Shown piece by piece: positions 39,701 to 51,350 of a stretch of 64,000 nt of DNA. A program made the translations under genes and the position numbers. Source of the stretch: Euglena gracilis (lineage: Eukaryota); NCBI GenBank assembly GCA_039621445.1, contig CP154954.1, positions 35,139,703-35,203,702 on the forward strand, written 5' to 3'. Every line of letters starts with the position of its first letter. Position 1 is the stretch's first letter. Under the pieces are notes generated by a model. The model searched no databases and had not been told where the DNA came from. It saw only the letters and a program-made list of their open reading frames with translations.

Positions 39701-42700
39701 CCCTGGCCAAGGCCACTTTGACCAAAGTGTCCCTGGCCAAGGCCACTTTGACCAAAGTGTCCCTGGCCAAGGCCACTTTGACCAAAGTGTCCCTGGTCAA
39801 GGCCACCTTTACCAAAGTGTCCCTGGCCAAGGCCACTTTGACCAAAGTGTCCCTGGCCAAGGCCACTTTGACCAAAGTGTCCCTGGCCAAGGCCACTTTG
39901 ACCAAAGTGTCCCTGGCCAAGGCACATTTGACCAAAGTGTCCCTGGCCAAGGCCACTTTGACCAAATTGTCCTGGCCAAGGCCACTTTGACCAAAGTGTC
40001 CCTGGCCAAGGCCACTTTGACCAAAGTGTGACCTAGCCAAGGCCACTTTGACCAAAGTGTCCCTGGCCAAGGCCACTTTGACCAAAGTGTCCCTGGCCAA
40101 GGCCACTTTGACCAAAGTGTCCCTGGCCAAGGCCACTTTGACCAAAGTGTCTCTGGCCAAGGCCACTTTGACCAAAGTGTCCCTGGCCAAGGCCACTTTG
40201 ACTCAAGTGTCCCTGGCCAAGGCCACTTTGACCAAAGTGTCCCTGGCCAAGGCCACTTTGACCAAAGTGTCCCTGGCCAAGGCCACTTTGACCAAAGTGT
40301 CCCTGGCCAAGGCCACTTTGACCAAAGTGTCCCTGGCCAAGGCCACTTTGACCAAAGTGTCCCTGGCCAATGCCACTTTGACCAAAGTGTCCCTGGCCAA
40401 GGCCACTTTGACCAAAGTGTCCCTGGCCAAGGCCACTTTGACCAAAGTGTCCCTGGCCAAGGCCACTTTGACCAAAGTGTCCCTGGCCAAGGCCACTTTG
40501 ACCAAAGTGTCCCTGGCCAAGGCCACTTTGACCAAAGTGTCCCTGGCCAAGGCCACTTCGACCAAAGTGTCCCTGGCCAAGGCCACTTTGACCAAAGTGT
40601 CCCTGGCCAAGGCCACTTTGACCAAAGTGTCCCTGGCCAAGGCCACTTTGACCAAAGTTTCCCTGGCCAAGGCCACTTTGACCAAAGTGTCCCTGGCCAA
40701 GGCCACTTTCCCTTGCCACGGCCACTTTGACCAAAGTATCCCTGGCCAAGGCCACTTTAACCAAAGTGTCCCTGTCAAGGCAACTTTGACCAACGTGTCC
40801 CTGGCCAAGGCCACTTTGACCAAAGTGTCCCTGGCCAAGGCCACTTTGACCAAAGTGTCCCTGGCCAAGGCCACTTTGACCAAAGTGTCCCTGGCCAAGG
40901 CCACTTTGACCAAAGTGTCCCTGGCCAAGGCCACTATGACAAAAGAGAAACTGGCCAAGGCCACTATGACAAAAGTGTCCCTGGCCAAGGCCACTTTGAC
41001 CAAAGTGTCCCTGGCCAAGGCCACTTTGACCAAAGTGTCCCTGGCCAAGGCCACTTTGACCAAAGTGTCCCTGGCCAAGGCCACTTTGACCAAAGTGTCC
41101 CTGGCCAAGGCCACTTTGACCAAAGTGTCCCTGGCCAAGGCCACTTTGACCAAAGTGTCCCTGGCCAAGGCCACTTTGACCAAAGTGTCCCTGGCCAAGG
41201 CCACTTTGACCAAAGTGTCCCTGGCCAAGGCCACTTTGACCAAAGTGTCCCTGGCCAAGGCCACTTTGACCAAAGTGTCCCTGGCCAAGGCCACTTTGAC
41301 CAAAGTGTCCCTGGCCAAGGCCACTTTGACCAAAGTGTCCCTAGACAAGGTCACTTTGACCAAAGTGTCCCTGGCCAAGGCCACTTTGACCAAAGTGTCC
41401 CTGGCCAAGGCCACTTTGACCAAAGTGTCCCTGGCCAAGGCCACTTTGACCAAAGTGTCCCTGGCCAAGGCCACTTTGACCAAAGTGTCCCTGGCCAAGG
41501 CCAACTTGACCAAAGTGTCCCTGGCCAAGGCGACTTTGACCAAGTGTCCCTTCCCAAGGCCACTTTGACCAAAGTGTCCCTGGCCAAGGCCACTTTGACC
41601 AAAGTGTCCCTGGCCAAGGCCACTTTGACCAAAGTGTCCCTGGCCAAGGCCACTTTGACCAAAGTGTCGCTGGCCAAGGCCCCTTTGCCCCAAGTGTCCC
41701 TGGCCAAGGCCATTTTTACCCAGGCGTCCTGGCCAAGGCCACTTTGACCAAAGTGTCCCTGGCCAAGGCCACTTTGACCAAAGTGTCCCTGGCCAAGGCC
41801 ACTTTGACCAAAGTGTCCCTGGCCAAGGCCACTTTGACCAAAGTGTCCCTGGCCAAGGCCACTTTGACCAAAGTGTCCCTGGCCAAGGCCACTTTGACCA
41901 AAGTGTCCCTGGCCAAGGCCACTTTGACCAAAGTGTCCCTGGCCAAGGCCACTTTGACCAAAGTGTCCCTGGCCAAGGCCACTTTGACCAAAGTGTCCCT
42001 GGCCAAGGCCACTTTGACCAAAGTGTCCCTGGCCAAGGCCACTTTGACCAAAGTGTCCCTGGCCAAGGCCACTTTGACCAAAGTGTCCCTGGCCAAGGCC
42101 ACTTTGACCAAAGTGTCCCTGGCCAAGGCCACTTTGACCAAAGTGTACCTGGCCAAGGCCACTTTGACCAAAGTGTCCCTGGCCAAGGCCCCTTTGACCA
42201 AAGTGTCCCTGGCCAAGGCCACTTTGACCAAAGTGTCCCTGGCCAAGGCCACTTTGACCAAAGTGTCCCTGGCCAAGGCCACTTTGACCAAAGTGTCCCT
42301 GGCCAAGGCCACTTTGACCAAAGTGTCCCTGGCCAAGGCCACTTTGACCAAAGTGTCCCTGGCCAAGGCCACTTTGAACAAAGTGTTCCTGGCCAAGGCC
42401 ACTTTGACCAAAGTGTCCCTGGCCAAGGCCACTTTGACCAAAGTGCCCCGGCCAAGGCCACTTTGGCCAAAGTGTCCCTAGCCAAGGCCACTTTGACCAA
42501 AGTGTCCCTGGCCAAGGCCACTTTGACCAAAGTGTCCCTGGCCAAGGCCACTTTGACCAAAGTGTCCCTGGCCAAGGCCACTTTGACCAAAGTGTCCCTG
42601 GCCAAGGCCACTTTGACCAAAGTGTCCCTGGCCAAGGCCACTTTGACCAAAGTGTCCCTGGCCAAGGCCACTTTGACCAAAGTGTCCCTGGCCAAGGCCA

Positions 42701-45700
42701 CTTTGACCAAAGTGTTCCTGGCCAAGGCCACTTTGACCAAAGTGTCCCTGGCCAAGGCCACTTTGACCAAAGTGCCCCGGCCAAGGCCACTTTGACCAAA
42801 GTGTCCCTGGCCAAGGCCACTTTGACCAAAGTGTCCCTGGCCAAGGCCACTTTGACCAAAGTGTCCCTGGCCAAGGCCACTTTGACCAAAGTGTCCCTGG
42901 CCAAGGCCACTTTGACCAAAGTGTCCCTGGCCAAGGCCACTTTGACCAAAGTGTCCTGGCCAAGGCCACTTTGACCAAAGTGTCCCTGGCCAAGGCCACT
43001 TTGACCAAAGTGTCCCTGGCCAAGGCCACTTTGACCAAAGTGTCCCTGGCCAAGGCCACTTTGACCAAAGTGTCCCTGGCCAAGGCCACTTTGACCAAAG
43101 TGTCCCTGGCCAAGGCCACTTTGACCAAAGTGTCCCTGGCCAAGGCCACTTTGACCAAGTAGTCCCTGGCCAAGGCCACTTTGACCAAAGTGTCCCTGGC
43201 CAAGGCCACTTTGACCAAAGTGTCCCTGGCCAAGGCCACTTTGACCAAAGTGTCCCTGGCCAAGGCCACTTTGACCAAAGTGTCCCTGGCCAAGGCCACT
43301 TTGACCAAAGTGTCCTGGCCAAGGCCACTTTGACCAAAGTGTCCCTGGCCAAGGCCACTTTGACCAAAGTGTCCCTGGCGAAGGCCACTTTGACCAAAGT
43401 GTCCCTGGCCAAGGCCACTTTGACCAAAGTGTCCCTGGCCAAGGCCACTTTGACCAAAGTGTCCCTGGCCAAGGCCACTTTGACCAAAGTGTCCCTGGCC
43501 AAGGCCACTTTGACCAAAGTGTCCCTGGCCAAGGCCACTTTGACCAAAGTGTCCCTGGCCAAGGCCACTTTGACCAAAGTGTCCCTGGCCAAGGCCACTT
43601 TGACCAAAGTGTCCCTGGCCAAGGCCACTTTGACCAAAGTGTCCCTGGCCAAGGCCACTTTGACCAAAGTGTCCCTGGCCAAGGCCACTTTGACCAAAGT
43701 GTCCCTGGCCAAGGCCACTTTGACCAAAGTGTCCCTGGCCAAGGCCACTTTGACCAGAAAGGCCACTTTGACCAAAGTGTCCCTGGCAAGGCCACTTTGA
43801 CCAAAGTGTCCCTGGCCAAGGCCACTTTGACCAAAGTGTCCCTGGCCAAGGCCACTTTGACCAAAGTGTCCCTGGCCAAGGCCACTTTGACCAAAGTGTC
43901 CCTGGCCAAGGCCACTTTGACCAAAGTGTCCCTGGGCAAGGCCACTTTGACCAAAGTGTCCCTGGCCAAGGCCACTTTGACCAAAGTGTCCCTGGCCAAG
44001 GCCACTTTGACCAAAGTGTCCCTGGCCAAGGCCACTTTGACCAAAGTGTCCCTGGCCAAGGCCACTTTGACCAAAGTGTCCCTGGCCAAGGCCACTTTGA
44101 CCAAAGTGTCCCTGGCCAAGGCCACTTTGACCAAAGTGTCCCTGGCCAAGGCCACTTTGACCAAACTGTCCCTTTCCAAGGCCACTTTGACCAAAGTGTC
44201 CCTGGCCAAGGCCACTTTGACCAAAGTGTCCCTGGCCAAGGCCACTTTGACCAAAGTGTCCCTGGCCAAGGCCACTTTGACCAAAGTGTCCCTGGCCAAG
44301 GCCACTTTACCAAAGTGTCCTGGCCAAGGCCACTTTGACCAAACTGTCCCTGGCCAAGGCCACTTTGACCAAAGTGTCCCTGGCCAAGGCCACTTTGACC
44401 AAAGTGTCCCTGGCCAAGGCCACTTTGACAAAGTGTCCCTGGCCAAGGCCACTTTGACCAAAGTGTCCCTGGCCAAGGCCACTTTGACCAAAGTGTCCCT
44501 GGCCAAGGCCACTTTGACCAAAGTGTCCCTGGCCAAGGCCACCTTGACCAAAGTGTCCCTGGCCAAGGCCACTTTGACCAAAGTGTCCCTGGCCAAGGCC
44601 ACTTTGACCAAAGTGTCCCTGGCCAAGGCCACTTTGACCAAAGTGTCCCTGGCCAAGGCCACTTTGACCAAAGTGTCCCTGGCCAAGGCCACTTTGACCA
44701 AAGTGTCCCTGGCCAAGGCCACTTTGAGAAAATTACCCTGGCCAAGGCCACTTGACCAAACTGTCCCTGCCAAGGCCACTTTGACCAAAGTGTCCCTGGC
44801 CAAGGCCACTTTGACCAAAGTGTCCCTGGCCAAGGCCACTTTGACCAAAGTGTCCCTGGCCAAGGCCACTTTGACCAAAGTGTCCCGGCCAAGGCCACTT
44901 TGACCAAAGTGTCCCTGGCCAAGGCCACTTTGACCAAAGTGTCCCTGGCCAAGGCCACTTTGACCAAAGTGTCCCTGGCCAAGGCCACTTTGACCAAAGT
45001 GTCCCTGGCCAAGGCCACTTTGACCAAAGTGTCCCTGGCCAAGGCCACTTTGACCAAAGTGTCCCTGGCCAAGGCCACTTTGACCAAAGTGTCCCTGGCA
45101 AAGGCCTCTTTGACCAAAGTGTCCCTGGCCAAGGCCACTTTGACCAAAGTGTCCCTGGCCAAGGCCACTTTGACCAAAGTGTCCCTGGCCAAGGCCACTT
45201 TGACCAAAGTGTCCCTGGCCAAGGCCACTTTGACCAAAGTGTCCCTGGCCAAGGCCACTTTGACCAAAGTGTCCCTGGCCAAGGCCACTTTGACCAAAGT
45301 GTCCCTGGCCAAGGCCACTTTGACCAAAGTGTCCCTGGCCAAGGCCACTTTGACCAAAGTGTCCCTGGCCAAGGCCACTTTGACCAAAGTGTCCCTGGCC
45401 AAGGCCACTTTGACCAAAGTGTCCCTGGCCAAGGCCACTTTGACCAAAGTGTCCCTGGCCAAGGCCACTTTGACCAAAGTGTCCCTGGCCAAGGCCACTT
45501 TGACCAAAGTGTCCCTGGCCAAGGCCACTTTGACCAAAGTGTCCCTGGCCAAGGCCACTTTGACCAAAGTGTCCCTGGCCAAGGCCACTTTGACCAAAGT
45601 GTCCTGGACCAAGGCCGCTTTGACTAAAGTGTCGGTGGCCAAGGCCACTTTGACCAAAGCGCCCCTGGTCACGGCCACTTTGACCAAAGTGTCCCTGGCC

Positions 45701-46800
45701 AAGGCCACTTTGACCAAAGTGTCCCTGGCCAAGGCCACTTTGACCAAAGTGTCCCTGGCCAAGGCCACTTTGACCAAAGTGTCCCTGGCCAAGGCCACTT
45801 TGACCAAAGTGTCCCTGGCCAAGGCCACTTTGACCAAAGTGTCCCTGGCCAAGGCCACTTTGACCAAAGTGTCCCTGGCCAAGGCCACTTTGACCAAAGT
45901 GTCCCTGGCCAAGGCCACTTTGACCAAAGTGTCCCTGGCCAAGGCCACTTTGACCAAAGTGTCCCTGGCCAAGGCCACTTTGACCAAAGTGTCCCTGGCC
46001 AAGGCCACTTTGACCAAAGTGTCCCTGGCCAAGGCCACTTTGACCAAAGTGTCCCTGGCCAAGGCCACTTTGACCAAAGTGTCCCTGGCCAAGGCCACTT
46101 TGACCAAAGTGTCCCTGGCCAAGGCCACTTTGACCAAAGTGTCCCTGGCCAAGGCCACTTTGACCAAAGTGTCCCTGGCCAAGGCCACTTTGACCAAAGT
46201 GTCCCTGGCCAAGGCCACTTTGACCAAAGTGTCCCTGGCCAAGGCCACTTTGACCAAAGTGTCCCTGGCCAAGGCCACTTTGACCAAAGTGTCCCTGGCC
46301 AAGGCCACTTTGACCAAAGTGTCCCTGGCCAAGGCCACTTTGACCAAAGTGTCCCTGGCCAAGGCCACTTTGACCAAAGTGTCCCTGGCCAAGGCCACTT
46401 TGACCAAAGTGTCCCTGGCCAAGGCCACTTTGACCAAAGTGTCCCTGGCCAAGGCCACTTTGACCAAAGTGTCCCTGGCCAAGGCCACTTTGACCAAAGT
46501 GTCCCTGGCCAAGGCCACTTTGACCAAAGTGTCCCTGGCCAAGGCCAACTTGACCAAAGTGTCCCTGGCCAAGGCCACTTTGACCAAAGTGTCCCTGGCC
46601 AAGGCCACTTTGACCAAAGTGTCCCTGGCCAAGGCCACATTGACCAAAGTGTCCCTGGCCAAGGCCACCTTGACCAAAGTGTCCCTGGCCAAGGCCACTT
46701 TGACCAAAGTGTCCCTGGCCAAGGCCACTTTGACCAAAGTGTCCCTGGCCAAGGCCACTTTGACCAAAGTGTCCCTGGCCAAGGCCACTTTGACCAAAGT
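30700..46800. repeat. 30-bp array domain C: near-homogeneous consensus monomers
   Basis: Long runs of perfect consensus (e.g. 31781-32280, 45681-46540) with sparse, mostly private variants and many 1-bp deletions. Confidence 0.9.
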
Positions 46801-46886
46801 GTGACCTGGCCAAGGCCACTTTGACCAAAGTGCCCCGGCCAAGGCCACTTTGGCGAAAGTGTCCCTAGCCAAGGCCACTTTGTCCA

Positions 46887-46938
46887 AAGTGTCCCTGGCC
46901 AGATTTAGATGGGGCATTCGACCATTCCGGGGACACTT
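46887..46938. other. Abrupt junction between the two satellite families
   Basis: The sequence reads ...GTGTCCCTGGCC|AGATTTAGATGG... with no intervening unique sequence. CA at 46900-46901 fits both the 30-mer (GGCCAagg) and the 213-mer (gagCAGATTT), a 2-bp microhomology. Confidence 0.93.
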
Positions 46939-47199
46939 ACCAGGTCAGCCCAGGTTACCACGTAAAAATGGACCAAATTGGGCCTTACTCCGAGTAACCG
47001 AATGGGTGTTCCAGGAGGCCTCCAAAGTCAGGGGACCCGTTGGTTTCATGATTGTCGTGGTTTAATGGTAAGAAAAACATGCAGCCGGAAGGTTGGTTGC
47101 AAGAAATGAGCACATTTAGATGGGTGCATTCGACCATTCCGGGGGACATTTACCAGGTCAGCCCAGGTTACCATGTAAAAATGGACCAAATTGGGCCTT

Positions 47200-50100
47200 A
47201 CTCCGAGTAACCGAATGGGTGTTCCAGGAGGCCTCCAAAGTCAGGGGACCCGTTGGTTTCATGATTGTCGTGGTTTAATGGTAAGAAAAACCTGCAGCCG
47301 AAAGGTTGGTTGCAAGAAATGAGCACATTTAGATGGGTGCATTCGACCATTCCGGGGGACATTTACCAGGTCAGCCCAGGTTACCATGTAAAAATGGACC
47401 AAATTGGGCCGTACTCCGAGTAACCGAATGGGTGTTCCAGGAGGCCTCCAAAGTCAGGGGACCCGTTGGTTTCATGATTGTCGTGGTTTAATGGTAAGAA
47501 AAACATGCAGCCGGAAGGTTGGTTGCAAGAAATGAGCAGATTTAGATGGGTGCATTCGACCATTCCGGGGGACATTTACCAGGTCAGCCCAGGTTACCAT
47601 GTAAAAATGGACCAAATTGGGCCTTACTCCGAGTAACCGAATGGGTGTTCCAGGAGGCCTCCAAAGTCAGGGGACCCGTTGGTTTCATGATTGTCGTGGT
47701 TTAATGGTAAGAAAAAAATGCAGCCGGAAGGTTGGTTGCAAGAAATGAGCAGATTTAGATGGGTGCATTCGACCATTCCGGGGGACATTTACCAGGTCAG
47801 CCCAGGTTACCATGTAAAAATGGACCAAATTGGGCCTTACTCCGAGTAACCGAATGGGTGTTCCAGGAGGCCTCCAAAGTCAGGGGACCCGTTGGTTTCA
47901 TGATTGTCGTGGTTTAATGGTAGAAAAACATGCAGCGGGAATGTTGGTTGCAAGAAATGAGCACATTTAGATGGGTGCATTCGACCATTCCGGGGGACAT
48001 TTACCAGGTCAGCCCAGGTTACCATGTAAAAATGGACCAAATTGGGCCTTACTCCGAGTAACCGAATGGGTGTTCCAGGAGGCCTCCAAAGTCAGGGGAC
48101 CCGTTGGTTTCATGATTGTCGTGGTTTAATGGTAAGAAAAACATGCAGCGGGAATGTTGGTTGCAAGAAATGAGCACATTTAGATGGGTGCATTCGACCA
48201 TTCCGGGGACATTTACCAGGTCAGCCCAGGTTACCATGTAAAAATGGACCAAATTGGGCCTTACTCCGAGTAACCGAATGGGTGTTCCAGGAGGCCTCCA
48301 AAGTCAGGGGACCCGTTGGTTTCATGATTGTCGTGGTTTAATGGTAGAAAAAACATGCAGCCGGAAGGTTGGTTGCAAGAAATGAGCACATTTAGATGGG
48401 TGCATTCGACCATTCCGGGGGACATTTACCAGGTCAGCCCAGGTTACCATGTAAAAATGGACCAAATTGGGCCGTACTCCGAGTAACCGAATGGGTGTTC
48501 CAGGAGGCCTCCAAAGTCAGGGGACCCGTTGGTTTCATGATTGTCGTGGTTTAATGGTAAGAAAAACATGCATCGGGAATGTTGGTTGCAAGAAATGAGC
48601 ACATTTAGATGGGTGCATTCGACCATTCCGGGGACATTTACCAGGTCAGCCCAGGTTACCATGTAAAAATGGACCAAATTGGGCCGTACTCCGAGTAACC
48701 GAATGGGTGTTCCAGGAGGCCTCCAAAGTCAGGGGACCCGTTGGTTTCATGATTGTCGTGGTTTAATGGTAAGAAAAACATTCATGGGGATGTTGGTTGC
48801 AAGAAATGAGCACATTTAGATGGGTGCATTCGACCATTCCGGGGGACATTTACCAGGTCAGCCCAGGTTACCATGTAAAAATGGACCAAATTGGGCCTTA
48901 CCCCCAGTAACTGAATGTGTGTTCCAGGAGGCCCCCAAAGTCAGGGGACCCGTTGGTGTCATGATTTTCGTGGTGTAATGGTAAAAGAAACAGGCAGCGG
49001 GAATGTTGGTTGCAAGAAATGAGCACATTTAGATGGGTGCATTCGACCATTCCGGGGGACATTTACCAGGTCAGCCCAGGTTACCATGTAAAAATGGACC
49101 AAATTGGGCCTTACTCCGAGTAACCGAATGGGTGTTCCAGGAGGCCTCCAAAGTCAGGGGACCCGTTGGTTTCATGATTGTCGTGGTTTAATGGTAAGAA
49201 AAACATGCAGCCGAAAGGTTGGTTGCAAGAAATGAGCAGATTTAGATGGGTGCATTCGACCATTCCGGGGGACATTTACCAGGTCAGCCCAGGTTACCAT
49301 GTAAAAATGGACCAAATTGGGCCTTACTCCGAGTAACCGAATGGGTGTTCCAGGAGGCCTCCAAAGTCAGGGGACCCGTTGGTTTCATGATTGTCGTGGT
49401 TTAGTGGTAGAAAAACATGCAGCAGGAATGTTGGTTGCAAGAAATGAGCACATTTAGATGGGTGCATTCGACCATTCCGGGGGACATTTACCAGGTCAGC
49501 CCAGGTTACCATGTAAAAATGGACCAAATTGGGCCGTACTCCGAGTAACCGAATGGGTGTTCCAGGAGGCCTCCAAAGTCAGGGGACCCGTTGGTTTCAT
49601 GATTGTCGTGGTTTAATGGTAAGAAAAACATGCAGCAGGTATGTTGGTGGCAAAAAATGAGCAGATTTAGATGGGTGCATTCGACCATTCCGGGGGACAT
49701 TTACCAGGTCAGCCCAGGTTACCACGTAAAAATGGACCAAATTGGGCCTTACCCTGAGTAACCGAATGGGTGTTCCAGGAGGCCTCCAAAATCAGGGGAC
49801 CCGTTGGTTTCATGATTGTCGTGGTTTAATGGTAAGAAAAACATGCAGCCGGAAGGTTGGTTGCAAGAAATGAGCAGATTTAGATGGGTGCATTCGACCA
49901 TTCCGGGGGACATTTACCAGGTCAGCCCAGGTTACCATGTAAAAATGGACCAAATTGGGCCGTACTCCGAGTTACCGAATGGGTGTTCCAGGAGGCCTCC
50001 AAAGTCAGGGGACCCGTTGGTTTCATGATTGTCGTGGTTTAATGGTAAGAAAAACCTGCAGCCGAAAGGTTGGTTGCAAGAAATGAGCAGATTTAGATGG

Positions 50101-51350
50101 GTGCATTCGACCATTCCGGGGGACATTTACCAGGTCAGCCCAGGTTACCATGTAAAAATGGACCAAATTGGGCCGTACTCCGAGTAACCGAATGGGTGTT
50201 CCAGGAGGCCTCCAAAGTCAGGGGACCCGTTGGTTTCATGATTGTCGTGGTTTAATGGTAAGAAAAACATGCAGCCGGAAGGTTGGTTGCAAGAAATGAG
50301 CAGATTTAGATGGGTGCATTCGACCATTCCGGGGGACATTTACCAGGTCAGCCCAGGTTACCATGTAAAAATGGACCAAATTGGGCCTTACTCCGAGTAA
50401 CCGAATGGGTGTTCCAGGAGGCCTCCAAAGTCAGGGGACCCGTTGGTTTCATGATTGTCGTGGTTTAATGGTAAGAAAAAAATGCAGCCGGAAGGTTGGT
50501 TGCAAGAAATGAGCAGATTTAGATGGGTGCATTCGACCATTCCGGCGGACATTTACCAGGTCAGCCCAGGTTACCATGTAAAAATGGACCAAATTGGGCC
50601 TTACTCCGAGTAACCGAATGGGTGTTCCAGGAGGCCTCCAAAGTCAGGGGACCCGTTGGTTTCATGATTGTCGTGGTTTAATGGTAGAAAAACATGCAGC
50701 GGGAATGTTGGTTGCAAGAAATGAGCACATTTAGATGGGTGCATTCGACCATTCCGGGGGACATTTACCAGGTCAGCCCAGGTTACCATGTAAAAATGGA
50801 CCAAATTGGGCCGTACTCCGAGTAACCGAATGGGTGTTCCAGGAGGCCTCCAAAGTCAGGGGACCCGTTGGTTTCATGATTGTCGTGGTTTAATTGTAAG
50901 AAAAACATGCATCGGGAATGTTGGTTGCAAGAAATGAGCACATTTAGATGGGTGCATTCGACCATTCCGGGGACATTTACCAGGTCAGCCCAGGTTACCA
51001 TGTAAAAATGGACCAAATTGGGCCGTACTCCGAGTAACCGAATGGGTGTTCCAGGAGGCCTCCAAAGTCAGGGGACCCGTTGGTTTCATGATTGTCGTGG
51101 TTTAATGGTAGAAAAAACATGCAGCCGGAAGGTTGGTTGCAAGAAATGAGCACATTTAGATGGGTGCATTCGACCATTCCGGGGGACATTTACCAGGTCA
51201 GCCCAGGTTACCATGTAAAAATGGACCAAATTGGGCCTTACTCCGAGTAACCGAATGGGTGTTCCAGGAGGCCTCCAAAGTCAGGGGACCCGTTGGTTTC
51301 ATGATTGTCGTGGTTTAATTGTAAGAAAAACATGCATCGGGAATGTTGGT
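47200..51350. repeat. 13-monomer (2764-bp) offset duplication within the 213-bp array
   Basis: Rare variants recur at a constant 2764-bp offset: AAAACCTGCAGCCGAAAGG (47291/50055), GAAAAAAATG (47711/50475) and GGTAGAAAAAAC (48347/51111). Confidence 0.85.

Larger units (their letters stand above)
1..46900. repeat. 30-bp tandem satellite array (about 1,560 copies; open at the window's left edge); consensus CCAAGGCCACTTTGACCAAAGTGTCCCTGG
   Basis: A 30-nt period is directly visible (identical 60-nt lines) in one orientation, with point variants and occasional 29/31-bp monomers. Copy number is estimated as length/30. The consensus has two GGCC sites, one TGGCCA across the monomer join, and no CpG. 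Confidence 0.99.

Noticed and set aside
1..46900. CRISPR array (30-bp palindromic repeat)
   Set aside because: The repeats are head-to-tail with no unique spacers, leader or cas genes.
11..46917. Long ORFs of up to 1825 aa encoding (KATLTKVSLA)n, (QGHFDQSVPG)n, (ARDTLVKVAL)n, (GQGHFGQSGL)n or (WPGTLWSKWP)n
   Set aside because: The monomer length is a multiple of 3 and five of six frames lack stops, so long ORFs are automatic. Recurrent 31-bp (GTGTGACC) and 29-bp variants shift the frame and are propagated in higher-order copies. There is no unique N- or C-terminal domain and no visible synonymous bias.
46980..47012. 5S rRNA or tRNA gene array (GGGCC...AGTA-N5-ATGGGTG resembles the 5S internal control region; ATTCGACC resembles a B box)
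   Set aside because: Similarity is limited to a few short words, with no 120-nt 5S fold, cloverleaf or + strand oligo-T terminator. Remote derivation cannot be excluded without an Infernal search.
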